From contig OZ024747.1 of assembly GCA_964016885.1 (NCBI GenBank), forward strand, positions 90,024,001 to 90,088,000: DNA of 64,000 bases, given 5' to 3'. The notes under the pieces are model-generated. The model searched no databases. It was not told the origin of the DNA and saw only the letters and a program-made list of their open reading frames with translations. The stretch is from Eledone cirrhosa. Lineage: Eukaryota. This document shows, piece by piece, positions 50,545 through 64,000 of this stretch (position 1 is its first letter; each line of letters begins with the position of its first letter). The position numbers and the translations under genes were made by a program.

Positions 50545-51247
50545 TATAAAATACACATACACATTTATATATATAAACATATACACATATATACATATAC
50601 ATACATATACATACATATATATTTATACATACATATACATACACATATATACATACATATACATACACATATATATATACATACATATATATTTATACAT
50701 ACATATACATACACATATATACATACATATACATACATACATATATATACATACACATACATACATATACATACATACATATATACATACATACATACAT
50801 ATATATATATACATATATATATACATACATATATATATATACATACATACATACATACATATATACATATATATATACATACATATATATATATATACAT
50901 ACATATACATACATATATACATACATATACATATATATATACATACATATACATATATATATACATACATATATATATACATACATATACATATATAGAT
51001 ACATATACATATATACATACATATACATACACATATATATATACATACATACACATATACATACACATATATACATACATATACATACACATATATATAC
51101 ATACATATACATACACATACATACATATATATACATACACATATATACATACACATATATACATACATACATATATATACATACACATATATACATACAC
51201 ATATATACATACACATATATACATACATACATATATATACATAGACA

Positions 51248-51293
<46 letters not shown>

Positions 51294-51482
51294 CATATAC
51301 ATACATATATATACATACATACATACATATACATACATACATACATACATATATATACATACATACATATACATACATACATATATACATATATATATAC
51401 ATATACATACACATATATATATACATATACATACACATACATATACATACACATACACATATATATATACATATACATACAC

Positions 51483-51536
<54 letters not shown>

Positions 51537-51769
51537 ATATAATCATATATTAATATTATTGATATATGTATATATATATACATATATCAATAATATTAAT
51601 ATATGATTATATACACACACACACATATATGATTATATATATATATTATTGTATATATATATATACACACACACATATATGATTATATATATATATATAT
51701 ATATACATACATACATACATGATTATATATATACATACATACATGATTATATATATATATATATATACA

Positions 51770-51800
<31 letters not shown>
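50545..51800. repeat. Long (CATA/TA/CA) microsatellite block including a 102-bp perfect palindrome
   Basis: Direct inspection; palindrome at 51524-51625. Confidence 0.9.
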
Positions 51801-51874
51801 GCACTCACCAATGTATCCTCTTGAACTTATTGACAAGTGAAATATTACATTCATAGATTTACTAAAACAAACAA

Positions 51875-52564
51875 CTATTCAGTTACTTGAAGGTTTCTCA
51901 TATTAGCAGAAACAGTCTCTATTTCCTGCTTACATAAAGAAAAATTAGTCTCTTCAAGAATGTCAGAAGCTATTTTTAACATTGCAAAGTTCAAGTTATC
52001 AAAGGATCTGGATCTTGTAAGAGAACACGATGATGAAGTATATTTAATAGGAGACGATGAGTTAGATTTTGACTGTGGTTCTAAACTATCATTTTCTTGA
52101 GAAATGTTGTTAGGTAGAGGCTCCATTAGCCGCCAAGGTACTTCATAAGGTCTCCGGAATCGACGGATTCTACCTAGACGATACCTCTCTAACCGTCTTG
52201 AACGCATATCTGCCTCTATACTTTCATTTCTTTTTTGGTAGTTCTTGAAAAAGTCCAAGTTATTATCTTCAAACGTATTTTGAATCCAGATATTGGAGGA
52301 TGGTTGATTCGATCCAATTGTAACTTTTGCAATGTATTCAGGATTAAAGTGAATTACACCAATTTTCTTTTTCCCTTGTTGCCTATTATCCATATTCTTG
52401 TAAATTCTTGCTACACGAGAGGTGGTCTGTTTTTCCCGCAAGTATTGTTTTCGACTTTCAGTTACGGTACTCAACATCCCAAGTTCATTGAGAGCCTCAT
52501 CTAAGTCCATTTCTTCCGACGACTTCCCTTTATCTTTACAACAATAGCAAGTATTAGCAGCCAT
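51875..52564 (-). CDS. Probable host coding exon, uncharacterised 229-aa protein (may be extended by upstream exons)
   Basis: 690-nt ORF of normal complexity in very AT-rich DNA. A strong acceptor (ttttttttgttttttcag, exon start 52573) lies 9 nt before AAGATGG. A candidate AATAAA at 49963-49968 is followed by a U-rich tract. Confidence 0.75.
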   Translation of the reverse strand: MAANTCYCCKDKGKSSEEMDLDEALNELGMLSTVTESRKQYLREKQTTSRVARIYKNMDNRQQGKKKIGVIHFNPEYIAKVTIGSNQPSSNIWIQNTFEDNNLDFFKNYQKRNESIEADMRSRRLERYRLGRIRRFRRPYEVPWRLMEPLPNNISQENDSLEPQSKSNSSSPIKYTSSSCSLTRSRSFDNLNFAMLKIASDILEETNFSLCKQEIETVSANMRNLQVTE

Positions 52565-52645
52565 CTTGGAATACTGAAAAAACAAAAAAAAACATATGAA
52601 AATATATATATAAATATATATGAAAAATATAAATAAATTAGAAAC

Positions 52646-52944
52646 TTAACCCTTTTGATACCAAACCATCCCACTCCTTTCCAACCTCCATCCCCAGTTC
52701 TACATTACAAAACTGTCCATAAGTGTTTGTTTATCTAAAAACCTTCTATCGTGATTTTATGCAAGATTCTTTAAGTTATGTTCCAAAAAAGCCAGCTAAA
52801 TAATGAAAAAAGTCAATTATGATATATTACACCATCACACCATATTCTAAATTATTTAATAATATATAAGCAAAATAATATATAAGTAAAAAAAAAAAAA
52901 ATAAGCACTGTCTTTCATCCAAAATATGGTAACAAAATGGTTAA
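52646..52944 (+). mobile_element. piggyBac-like MITE family B copy
   Basis: TTAACCCTTTTGATACCA ... TGGTAACAAAATGGTTAA. Confidence 0.65.
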
Positions 52945-53169
52945 ATATTAATTTCTAGAAAATGTACACAATCTCAACAATTTCTCAACCATGATGAATT
53001 TAATTAATATCTCTGTTTGTTTAAATAATTGCTATCATAGAACATGCTCGCTATGGTTAATTGTCTGGAGAAATTCATTGTATAAATTAAAAATAAAACA
53101 AATCCCATTTCACTTTATATATAAAGCATTCTTTATATTCTAATTTATCTGAAATTAATACCTTAATTT

Positions 53170-53408
53170 TTAATCCTTTCATTACCACATTTCTAAGAAA
53201 ATCCATTGCCTATTATTTTCAAAATATTCAAGAATGTCGAGAAGTAGTGCAAACATTTTCCCATTATCAAGCTGGCATTTGAAATATAACTTAAAGGTGC
53301 TTATGTAAAATTATAATTAAACTTAAGGTATATATGAATACTTTAAAACAAAGTTTTGTATCAATGAACCAGAGGCAATTTTGAGAGGGTTGGTATCAAA
53401 AGGGTTAA
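53170..53408 (-). mobile_element. piggyBac-like MITE family B copy
   Basis: TTAATCCTTTCATTACCA ... TTGGTATCAAAAGGGTTAA. Confidence 0.6.
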
Positions 53409-55540
53409 CCAGGGATGGTTTCAAGCATGCTGGTATTAAACCTGGGTTAAATACTTCCCCAAAAAATTAAGAGGAACTGAAGGGTTTGGGGACTATCAGG
53501 AAGCCTGCGAGTTTAAACTTATTGGACTACTGATTACATGGTCTTAAGTTCAGATCTTACTAGTCATTGTACCATGTATCACTGAGCAAGGAAATTGATA
53601 CCGATTGCTTAATTTGCTCAACTGATACAAAACTGGGCACGATTCCTATTTTAAGTTTGGGTAGTTAATGGTAGGAACAACACCCAGACTCAAAATCAAT
53701 GCTGCCAACAAGTAAACCATCACACCCATGGGAAAATAGATTTAAAATAGTTTTAAAAATATAAAATGAAGAAAAGGAACTTTGAAGTAAAATCTTGTGA
53801 TGAAAACAGAATAGATAATATTCAAATTCAAAATGAGAAATATATCTGCCACATGCTTATGTTTTTGTTGTTGTTAGATGTGGTTCCCAACCTATCTAAG
53901 AGAGCAGTAACTCTAGATAACATTTCACTCAGACCACAACATCTCATCCAACCCATGGCAGTATGGATAAGTGGATGTAAAATAATAATTGCTTCTACTT
54001 TTGGCACAAGGCCAACAATTACCCAGTGTATTACTGGTACTTTATTTTATCGACCTCGTAAGGATGAAAGACAAAGTTAACCTCAGCAATGATCTTTATC
54101 GAGTGCTCAAAGTGAACCTTGCCAGCTTTCATATGAGAAGCATAGAAAGATAGAATGGCCTTTATTTGCACACAAGCAACTATTTTAAAACAGGTTGTTA
54201 CTTGCTAGTGAAATAAAGAAATGAAAATATTTTCAAAACAAAATAAAAAGGAGTAAGGTAAAAAGAACAAGATTTCCATTTTTTTTCCACAATTTAAACC
54301 ATATTATACATAAAATGTTATGTAAAAATAGACCAAATAATGTATTTCTCATTTGAAACATGAACTCTCTTTGTGAAAATAACTAGTTTAGAAACCATAG
54401 TTGGAAAGTAAAGATATTTCTTTTCTTATCTAATTATGAAATATTGTTTTCTATATGATGATTAATTTTGAGCAAGGCAGACAGATACTTTAGACATTAA
54501 TAGTCAACAACTGTAACATTGAAGTCAGGTATCCATCACATATCAAGTTGGAAAGAAATTGTTGTAGCTGCTGTTGTTTTTATTGCTATTTTTGTCCCTT
54601 CTAGTAATGTGTCTCTATTCTGTACATTTGACAGCGTCAGTAGTTGGATAGCAATATTGTAAACACTGATCAGTAATGATATATTTATCATATTGCTGCA
54701 GTGTCCTGGGAGATTTCCAGGGCCATTTCTATTTAGAAATGCCACTAACAATAAAACAATAACTGAACATACAAAAAGTAAAAATAGCCAATAAAAACTA
54801 CTAACATGATACATTTCTTTTCTAAATCTTTATTGTAAAGGGAATAGTTTTTTTTAATTAATTGAAACATATTCAACAGGCGAATTAGTTTATAGAAGTA
54901 CAAAGGTATTTTATATATTCATTATTATATATTTTACATTGCAATAGTGTTAGGTCACAGGTTTCTAATGGCAGAGAATGTCTGGTGCAGGTGCAGTTTT
55001 TCAGTTTTCACCCTCATATTTATAAACTATGTTGGTATAAATCAGTGAAAGACACACACACACACACATATAGATAGATACACATATAAATTTCTACACA
55101 CATACACATACAAATATATATGAAAGGTTTCTGAACAGTTTCAATTCACAAAGTATTGATAAACCTAAGGCTATGATAGAAAACATTTGCTCAAACTTCA
55201 GTCAACTAAGATTGAACCTGGAACCAAACTGTCATTCATTTGTTTACATAACAAAGACAGACTATATCAAAGCAAGTTACCTGGGTCTTATGAAAAACAT
55301 GAGAAAAACAAAACAAGAAGGATACAAGAATAGAAATAATTTAAGACAATTACAATACATGAATAAATGCTTCCCTAGAATAATTTTTCAAACAGAAAAA
55401 AAAAAAAAAAAAATTAAAATAAAAACACTTTTTATAATACATTGGTTTGGAAAGTTATCAATAGGATAAATTTTCAATAATAAAAAGTTAATATCTTAGT
55501 AAATGTTTCAAAGCTTTGAGAAATGACCTAAAGTAACATT

Positions 55541-55810
55541 TTAATCTTTTGATACTAACTCTCACGAGACTTCATATTGGTTCTGATACAAAACCTCTCA
55601 TTTGAAAATGTTTGTATTTAAAATTAAAACTTCCTATCATAATTACATGTAAAAAAAAAAAATCTTTTGTTTAGTTATGTTCAAACACCAGCTTAACAAT
55701 GACAAAGTTATTTTATTTAAATCCCTCCAAATTCTTGATTATTTTCAAAATTAATTGAAACACACAGGTCAGTGTGTTGTTCATTAGAAACATAATCATG
55801 AATGGGTTAA
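55541..55810 (+). mobile_element. piggyBac-like MITE family B copy (diverged)
   Basis: TTAATCTTTTGATACTAA ... GGGTTAA; internal similarity to 52646-52944. Confidence 0.55.
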
Positions 55811-56797
55811 AACAAATTAAATTGGTGTCTATGGTTCTGTCAAATGAAAATTGATAATAACATTCATCTTGTGAAGCATGAAGCAGAAAAACTGTAAGAA
55901 TCTAATATATATCTTATTGTAATATATATCATAGCTGAAAAGAAGGAGTCAGTGAAAACATAATAAATATTATTTGAGCGATAGAGTGTTTTATTAGAGA
56001 GATAAGGACAAATTCTGACTTGTATGAACAACAAGTTGATAGCGAAATTTACTGAAATATGGAAGCTAATTATCATTGATGAAGTGTAGAAGATAAATTA
56101 AGACTTGTCAGATCGATGCTAGAATGTATCAAAACTTGAAAAGAAAAAAAAAAAAAAACCGACAGAAAATGATAGCTAATCTCTTGTTTTAAAGATGGAT
56201 TGTATCCAGTTAAAAGAAAAGGACAAGTTTAATAAGCTTAAGTTTGTGTACATCAGCTCAGAATTTCATCCTCTTACTAAAACTCAAAAGATACAAATCA
56301 CTTTATTTTTTCTGAAAGAACAAGATTCTAACTGAGATTTAGTCATCAAATGAAATACCCAGGGACTAATAGCTTCAGATAACAAAATGAAAGTGAAATG
56401 AGAAAAATAAACAAATTCATTCAGAAAAATTAAATCTTAAATCTACCCTTTAGCCAAATTCCATTTGAGATTATTCAGATGGGATGACTTGAAAGAAAGT
56501 ATGAAATACAAAAGGGTAAGAATGTCTTATCACTTATAATTAGCTGACAGAATGGAACAGCAGAATCAATATCAAGATATGCCTGTAGCTGGGCTCACAG
56601 CACTAACACTGATAATGAATCACTGTTAAGTTTAATTTCATTAATAAACAAAATTTACTTTGAATTTACACAAAAACAGTTACCAACTTCACAGCAAGAA
56701 TATAAAATATTATAGCAGAAAAGGTTTGCTGAGAATTATGTCTGACTTTCAGTTGTTTGGAAAGAAAGAAATGTGACAAATATAACCACAATGCACT

Positions 56798-57025
56798 TTA
56801 ACCCTTTAGCATTTAAACCGGCCATATCTAGCCAGAACTCGCTCACCTTTCTCTGTTCAAACTGGTTCTAACCGGCCGCTCATACTGATGTTAAAGTATG
56901 TTCTCAAAATAAATAATAACAAACTCTCATAGATTCAATATTCCATGAGATAATTATGTGAGGTAAAGACTTTACTAAGAAAATACAATAGTATATATAG
57001 AGTAATGTAAATGCTAAATGGTTAA
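56798..57025 (+). mobile_element. piggyBac-like MITE family A copy
   Basis: TTAACCCTTTAGCATTTA ... TAAATGCTAAATGGTTAA. Confidence 0.85.
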
Positions 57026-57425
57026 ACTTCAAATGAAGCAGATAGATAATGAGGTAAAGAGTAATATGAAAAAAATATATGCTCATTTAAATATGCAAAT
57101 ATTGCTGATTATTAAACATGTGAGACAGCATGTGCCTTGGGTTGTCACAACTAGTGAATGACCAACAACTATAGGCAACATAAGTTTTAAATGCAAATGT
57201 TCAAGAATTTAGTAAACATGCCATTTTTTTTTTTTTCAGTGATAGCGAAGTATTTGTAGTAATTAAAATGATTCTAGACTAGAATCTCTGAAGTATATCT
57301 CATTTAGGATATCACTAAAGCATCACTTAACCCATTGAAAACTATATACACTGGTGATGCTCTTTTGTTGTATTCTTGGCTAGTACTGCCATGTCAAGCA
57401 CAGTGAGGGCTGGATTAACAAAATA

Positions 57426-57650
57426 ATGAATATCGATCCAGGAGGCAGTGATGGCCCAGGAAGACCAAAAAGGACTTGGATGGAGGATGTCTACCGGGAT
57501 CAAGCTAGGCTTGGCCTGGCCCAAGTGAGATCGGCAGACAGAAACACATGGAGCGGGACGCTAAGGAGCACTGTCAGGCAGGACCCACCCCTACTTAGGG
57601 ATCAATTGTGTCCTGCATAATAATTTAAAAAAAAACTGGATGATGATGAC
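57426..57650 (+). mobile_element. RTE LINE 3' fragment
   Basis: GPGRPKRTWMEDVYRD...ADRNTW; (GAT)n tail. Confidence 0.7.
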
Positions 57651-58440
57651 ATGTACTAAAATTACAATAATCTAGGACTGTTAGAAGTGACTCTCCTTAA
57701 AAGTCTCAAAACTTCAAGAATGCACCTTGTAACGGTTGAATCCTAGTCTTTGGAATTTTCTATATAACTCTATATCTCATGTAAAAGTTGACTCTAGTTT
57801 TTCAGAGAAAAGATCAACAAATGCCAGCCAGTCAAGTGTATTATCTCATACATTGCTACAATATGAAAATGAATTGTTTTCTATGTTAGCCTATTATCAG
57901 TATGTCTTTTGATGATGATGTTCTTTTATTTTTAGTCCTGTAACTCCTAATAGAGTCATAGAGATACCATATTGACATACAGCGTTTCTTGAGCACTTTT
58001 TAAAGCCTGGCCAGAGCCCATCCCTCTCCAGGCTCGAGTATAGCAGATTTATTCCAGAGAGAGGAAGAATTGACCCCAGTATTAGACTGGTACTTTTTTT
58101 TTTATCAACCTCAAAAGTATGAAAGGCAAAGTTGACCTTGACGGGATTTTAACTCAAAGGGGATCAAACCATTACTAACCTCCACCCTAAAGAATTAGTT
58201 AAGATTTTAAACACTAGTTTCATCTGGTCCAGGAATATATGCGATTGCCCTAATATCATAGAAAACAAAATAAGAAAAGAAAGAAAAGTTGATAAAGGTG
58301 CCTCAGCCAGGACCAAAATTTTGAAATCATTAAAAGAATTCAATATTGATTAAAGTCTCAATCTACATTTGACTAAAAAGGTCAGAATAAGATTGAAACA
58401 TGTCTGGAGTTATATTCCATACTTAATGAAAAAATATAAT

Positions 58441-58633
58441 ATTAGGAAACGCCAGTGGAAAGAAGTCGCGGTAGAGGTAGACCAAGAAAGACCTGGGCAG
58501 AGGTTGTGAGAGCTGACCTCAAATCACAGAGGCGATGACAAAAGGTTACGACATGTGGAGAGATGCCGTGCTAAGAAGAACTCGTCCAACCCATGCAAGC
58601 ATAGTAAAGCGGATGTAAAAACGATGATGACGA
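58441..58633 (+). mobile_element. RTE LINE 3' fragment
   Basis: RGRGRPRKTWAEVVRADL; its 3' end aacccatgcaagcat...gatgatga resembles the (GAT)n SINE tail. Confidence 0.7.
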
Positions 58634-59940
58634 CTACCTTACTACATGTTTATTTCTCGTTAACTTTTTATAGATCATTAAAACATTAGCACTAGCCAAA
58701 CTGAAGTTTCTTAATACATCTGAGTCATCATCATCATCATCGTTTAACACCCACTTTCCCTGCTAGCAAGGGTTCAACAGGTCCATGTAGACCAAGTCAG
58801 GGCTACTGACCTCCAATACATCTGAGTGTCATATGAAAATAGATTCCTTCATTTGAATAACAATAATGGAAAGAAAAATCTTCGTAAATAAAGAACAGAC
58901 AGGAAAAATCTATAGTTAGCAACTCATGTGTGTAGTAAGTGGATAGCAGAAAAGTAGAGTTTACTTGACTGGATCTAGCAATTAGTAATGTTTTTCAATG
59001 TCATTTACCTTTTGGATTGGCAGAGCAGAAGTTCCTAAAATCTCATTACCAACCAGTACAATTGATCTGCTTAAGAACTTGTGTCAAAACTCAAGGCATA
59101 ACTAACTTGAAAAATTTGGAACAGGTTTTAAGTTCATTCTTAATATTTTACTTAGTAAAGAACATCAGACCATTATTAGACATAGGTGTTTATGTTCAAT
59201 AATTTATTTAAGGTTAAGCTTTGATGATAAAGATAAACTATCTTACTGGAAGATTTATTAATAGTTTATTGATTTAAAAGATTCTTCAGATAATAGTTTG
59301 ACCAGCCAGTAATGGATGGTTCATTAGTTTCCTTCATACTGAACATCGCATGGAAATTTGTTTGAGTAGAAAAACATTCCAAATACTAAAAGCTACAAGC
59401 TTATTAATAATTAATATGGTTAAATAGGTCATTTACTTTATAGTAACTCCTAAATCTATTTAATTATTATTTGTTATTTTGTCTGATAATCAATTTTAAT
59501 TCTCCGATCTCTTTAGTCCAATATTTCCTACTTTTAAATGGTAAAGAACTGAACAGGTTAACCCTACTAATTCTTGACTGGTCTTTTCATCTAAATTGCT
59601 GCTGTTAATAAAAAAAAAAAAAGGACAATATTTAAATGGCTTGCAGTTAGATAAGCTAGTATATGTGGTTCTGATAGTCTCAATTACTAAATATCAGTTT
59701 TATACGTAGAATTATGTAAGTACCAGTACATCTGGGATGCCACATGTGACACCTTTTCTAGAGGCAGCCTGGTTCGTTCGGCTACCAGCTAAGACTTCAT
59801 TGACAGCCAGGCCAAAGAGGGCCAACTGTCGAAGTATCGACCAACCACTCACTGATAGGTTTGTGGTTGAGCCTACGACTGGCAGTAGAAACTTTCAGCA
59901 TTCATTGATAACTAAGAGAAAGATATTATTTATGAAAAAG

Positions 59941-60130
59941 GGTGGTGGATTGGCAGTATCGGTAGAGGGTCGGACGCCATTCTTTCTAGCATAGTTACGT
60001 CCCTTTACAGTCTGAGTTCAAATCCCGCCGAGTTTAACTTTGCCTTTCATCCTTACGGGGTCGATAAAATAAAGTACCAGTAACGTACTGGGTAATTGCT
60101 GGCCTTGTGCCTAAAGTAGAAACAATTATT
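59941..60130 (+). mobile_element. Full-length Meta-domain-type tRNA SINE
   Basis: A/B boxes, core gcctttcatccttacggggtcgataaaataaagtaccag, tail ggccttgtgcctaaagtagaaacaattatt. Partial copies are at ~49044-49154, ~53983-54089 and ~58073-58157. Confidence 0.85.
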
Positions 60131-60863
60131 TCTGAAAAAGATTTTACTACATTGAAAATATTGCCACCCTCTAGTCTAGGGTAATATACAAACAATTTCA
60201 ATAGGAAGGAGCCTCCACGCGCAAATGCTTGCTTGAACTTCTAGAAATAGCAACCGAATCTCCCTCAAATCACACCATACCAGCTATACAAAGAAAGAAC
60301 ACAGACAATATAGTCCTAGACAAACAGACAGGATGTTCATGGTTGGAATAGCTTTGATCATACACCTGTTTACTCAATCTGGAATGACCTGAAGCTAAAC
60401 AACAACAATTTCAATACCTTAGGGAGCTTAGATATATCCACTCCCAACTTCCATACTATAGATAGATGCTTGTGAACCAAACCAGCAAAAAGAATCAATT
60501 TTCAACTCTTAAGATTCCTCACAACTGGCTATGTTTATCAGCATTGTAACACAAGAGAAAGTAGTATCAGTGCTGGGCCAGTTGGGCAATATCCAACATT
60601 TTAATCAGGCAATCCATATTTGATGGTCTTGTTGGGCGAAGGCCAAAGTTTCTCTTTGAAAAAAACCACATTCAATAGAGGAGCTAGATAAAGGTTAGAC
60701 TTCTATTAGATCCATAATTACAATTATATCTATCTATATCTTTATATATACACACACACATATATATATATATATACACACATGTATATATACATATATA
60801 CACACATACGTATGTGTGCGCCCACACACACATATATATATATATACATGTACACCCACATGT

Positions 60864-60894
<31 letters not shown>

Positions 60895-60915
60895 CACCCA
60901 TATATATATATATAT

Positions 60916-61260
60916 CATCATCATCATCATCATTTCATTTTTACGTCCGCTTTTTCCCTGCTTGCAAGGGTGGGACGGGAACTGATTCTGGCTTGATTTC
61001 TACAGCTGGATGCCCTTCCTAACACCAACCTCCTTTACAGTGAGTGCAGGGTGCTTTTTTGCCATGGCACCTCCACGACCACTTTGCAGTGGAATGATAT
61101 GGACCCCAGTCCCTATCATCTCATTTCTACAGCTGAGTAAACTGGAGCAATGTGAAATAAAGTGTCTTGCTCAAGGAAACAACACATCACCCGGTCTGAG
61201 AATTGAACTCACAACCTTTCGATTGCAAGGCCAATGCTCTAACCACTAAGCCATGTGCCT

Positions 61261-61262
<2 letters not shown>
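60916..61262 (-). mobile_element. Full-length tRNA-derived SINE with (GAT)n tail
   Basis: Reverse complement of the 42063 head/core; flanked by (TA)n. Confidence 0.85.
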
Positions 61263-61314
<52 letters not shown>

Positions 61315-61766
61315 ATAATAATAAATTTGAAGACTAAAAGAGGGCTCGATAAGGATAAATATATATCAAATATATAAGAACCGTAGAGCAAATATTTATT
61401 AATAAATATATATATATGGGCACACACATATACATATATGTATTTGTGTGTGTGTGTTGTATGCGTGTGTGAGCACATACATACATATTTACAGCAGCAA
61501 AAAAAGACAAGACAAGAAAGATATTTAAAAAAGTTAAATAAAAACTCACTGAATAAGTGACAGAAAAACGTGAAAGATCTATAAAACTAAGGATAAGTAA
61601 GTTTATACAATAAAATATTGGGAAGTGAATTTCAACTTCATAATTCATTTCTGCCAATAAAATAATCAACTTAATGAATTCAAAACAAACAGAATGAGAA
61701 AGGCATATTAAATTTAACTTTGTATAAATGATGTAACAAATATCATGTCCAATCTTTGCCATAGCC

Positions 61767-62282
61767 CAGAGGTTCGCAAGGTGGGCGCTACTGCACCCCA
61801 GGAGGCGTTGAGAAGTCACTGGGACCTAAGGGGTCGGTGGGGAGGTCAGTAGAGATGATATAATAGTATATTAACCCTTTAGCATTTAAACTGGCCATAA
61901 CTGACCAGAATTCTCTCACTTCTTTCTGTTTAAACTGGCTGCTCATACTGACGTTAAGGTACTGTTCTCAAAATAAATAACATCAAAATCTCATAGATTC
62001 GATATTATGTGAGATAATTATGTAAAATAAAGCCTTTACCACAAAAATACAATAGTATATATAGAGTAATGTAAATGCTTAAATATCAAATGATACATAT
62101 AGTAAATTAAAAAAATATAATATATACTATGTATAAATAAATATTATATATTATTTATTATATATAAATTAACGATTTTATTTATTATATATTATTTACT
62201 ATTTGCATGTAGGCAGATATCTCTGGAAATAGGTGGGGGGGGGGGGTATTAAGTGGCCCCAACACAAGTTTGAGAACCTTTG
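61767..62282. mobile_element. hAT-like MITE with perfect 8-bp TSD and a nested piggyBac-like MITE
   Basis: TSD ccatagcc at 61759-61766 and 62283-62290; imperfect TIR cagaggttcgcaa / ttgagaacctttg. Confidence 0.75.
61871..62082 (+). mobile_element. piggyBac-like MITE family A copy (right TIR eroded)
   Basis: TTAACCCTTTAGCATTTA start; tttaaactggc occurs twice, one monomer apart. Confidence 0.85.
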
Positions 62283-62584
62283 CCATAGCCCTTCTATATC
62301 ATTTGTTGATACTGAAAAGATTCCTGCCATTTTATTAACATATAAAGATAAACCATCAATGATGGCATGGGTCATTGTTGTTTAGACCAAAGTTTGCCTC
62401 TAGCAGACTTAGAATGGATAAATGGCCTGCAGCAGATTTATAATGAATGGCATTCAAGCTGGCATTATTATTATTTTTTTTCTTTTGGTAAGTATAATAT
62501 ATAGCAAACTACACTACACAATCTGTTGTTTTCGAAGAAAATAGAGTGTGATTTGAGGGAGATTTGACCACTGTTTTCAATTCT

Positions 62585-62810
62585 TCTTATCGTGCCACAA
62601 GAGTGTCAGCTACAAAGCTTGGCTAGATGTGGTTCTACCACAGCTGAACACATTGCTGTCCAATGCTGTCCAGTGGTGTTCCAGCAGGGGGCATATCAGG
62701 AGATGCTGCATAGTTTGTGGTTCGATGCTGCAGTCACAAACATCCCCATTTTGCCAGATCTTTGCATGTCCAACACCAGATCTTAGTCTGTTTAGGCATT
62801 TCCACACTGC
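62585..62810 (-). mobile_element. Non-LTR retrotransposon C-terminal fragment (CCHC knuckle)
   Basis: WKCLNRLRSGVG...CDCSIEPQTMQHLLICP. Confidence 0.65.
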
Positions 62811-63896
62811 ATAGCTTGTATCTGTTCTGGGGGAGGGGGTGGGGGTGGGGGGGCAGTACCTTGCTCAACTTTAGTTCCTTTGTTTTCAATAGGTCAAGCA
62901 ATCACATAGAGATTCCCTTGTTTGACTTCAGCATGGATCATATGATTTCTATGCAGGACACAACTGGTACGAGATAAAATCATAAAAATCATATCCTGGC
63001 AGTCTACCTACATATTATACAGCAAAATGTTTAATCATTTGACAGGGTTTTCCTTCAGATAGATAAGCTGAAGATTATAAACTACATGCTACAGTGTTAT
63101 GTAAATATGCCAATACATATACAATTTATTCATTGCATTCACTATGGCAATTAAGACACTAGATTAAAAAATGTTATCAAGTGAGACTTGATTCATCATC
63201 ACAAATGAAAAAGGAGCAAAGTTTACAGAGGGTTAAATATGTGATTTCTGTTTTCAGTACTTAATCATGTGTCAAAGGGAAAGCTATGAATGTCACAAAT
63301 TATTTATCTTTTCTAATAAATTACCGTATATACTCGAATATAAGCCGAACCCCTTTCCTATTCTATGTCTGAGAAATGGTCAAAAATCCAAACCCCGTTT
63401 GTAACCCAAGACAGCTAATCAACCCATTATGGCAGTTTTGAAATTCTCATGAGTGGAAAAAATATTTTGATTTTTAATACGAATTAAGTGTAATTTAGAG
63501 AATAGTTTTTGTTTCACAATTCCGCTATATAATGGCTTTAGAAGGGGGGGGGGGGGGGGTAGCAAGTGAGAGAGAGAGAAAGAGAGGGTGAGAGCAAGCA
63601 AAATAAAACAAAACAAGATTGACGAGAAATCTAATAATAAAAGGGTTAATTAATTTAATCACATTATGAAAATACATACAGGATAGTATTTTCGTTGTGG
63701 TGGGTTCTGTGGCTTTGTCCCCTTAACCAGTTTTCAATTTGTCATGCTATTTAACGTATGTTTATTACTCTAAGATGTGATTTATCGATATCTTCTTATT
63801 GAGCGCTTCGTGCAAAGCTCCAAATATTGTTTTCTTTTGTGGATGCTGGCCGACTGCTGCAACTTCGATTTTACTAACTTCCACTCATATAAATAA

Positions 63897-63945
<49 letters not shown>

Positions 63946-64000
63946 CACACACACACACCCTTCTTCAGGCAGATTTCTTCCAGAGAGAGGAAGAATCGAT

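Noticed and set aside
50565-51583. Long YI/YV/HT-rich ORFs (also at 0.4-1.7, 4.9-5.3, 7.0-9.8, 12.6, 33, 37, 40-41 and 60.7 kb)
   Set aside because: They are translations of TA/CA/GT microsatellites, which lack stop codons.

Overview
This is an AT-rich, microsatellite-dense eukaryotic window. The SINE types and repeat landscape suggest an octopod cephalopod, which is an inference. (1) At 753-7932 there is a young composite Penelope-like retroelement (PLE) inserted in (TA)n. It has an intact 782-aa RT + C-terminal GIY-YIG ORF, a partial tandem copy and an inverted copy, and each pseudo-LTR carries a type I hammerhead ribozyme motif with an unusually long stem II. (2) Two short fold-back ends of a second PLE-like family follow at 8283-8444 and 9545-9643. 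(3) A ~220-bp TTAA-flanked piggyBac-like MITE has about 10 copies here, and one copy has expanded internally into a ~13.3-kb, ~300-monomer 44/45-bp satellite with higher-order repeats (17896-31381). (4) The window also holds many SINEs, RTE LINE 3' fragments, hAT MITEs and a hAT transposase relic. (5) A probable host coding exon for an unrecognised 229-aa protein lies on the minus strand at 51875-52564, and there are weak candidate exons on the plus strand. Most ORFs in the track are microsatellite or satellite artefacts. No database searches were run, so family names rest on motif recognition.
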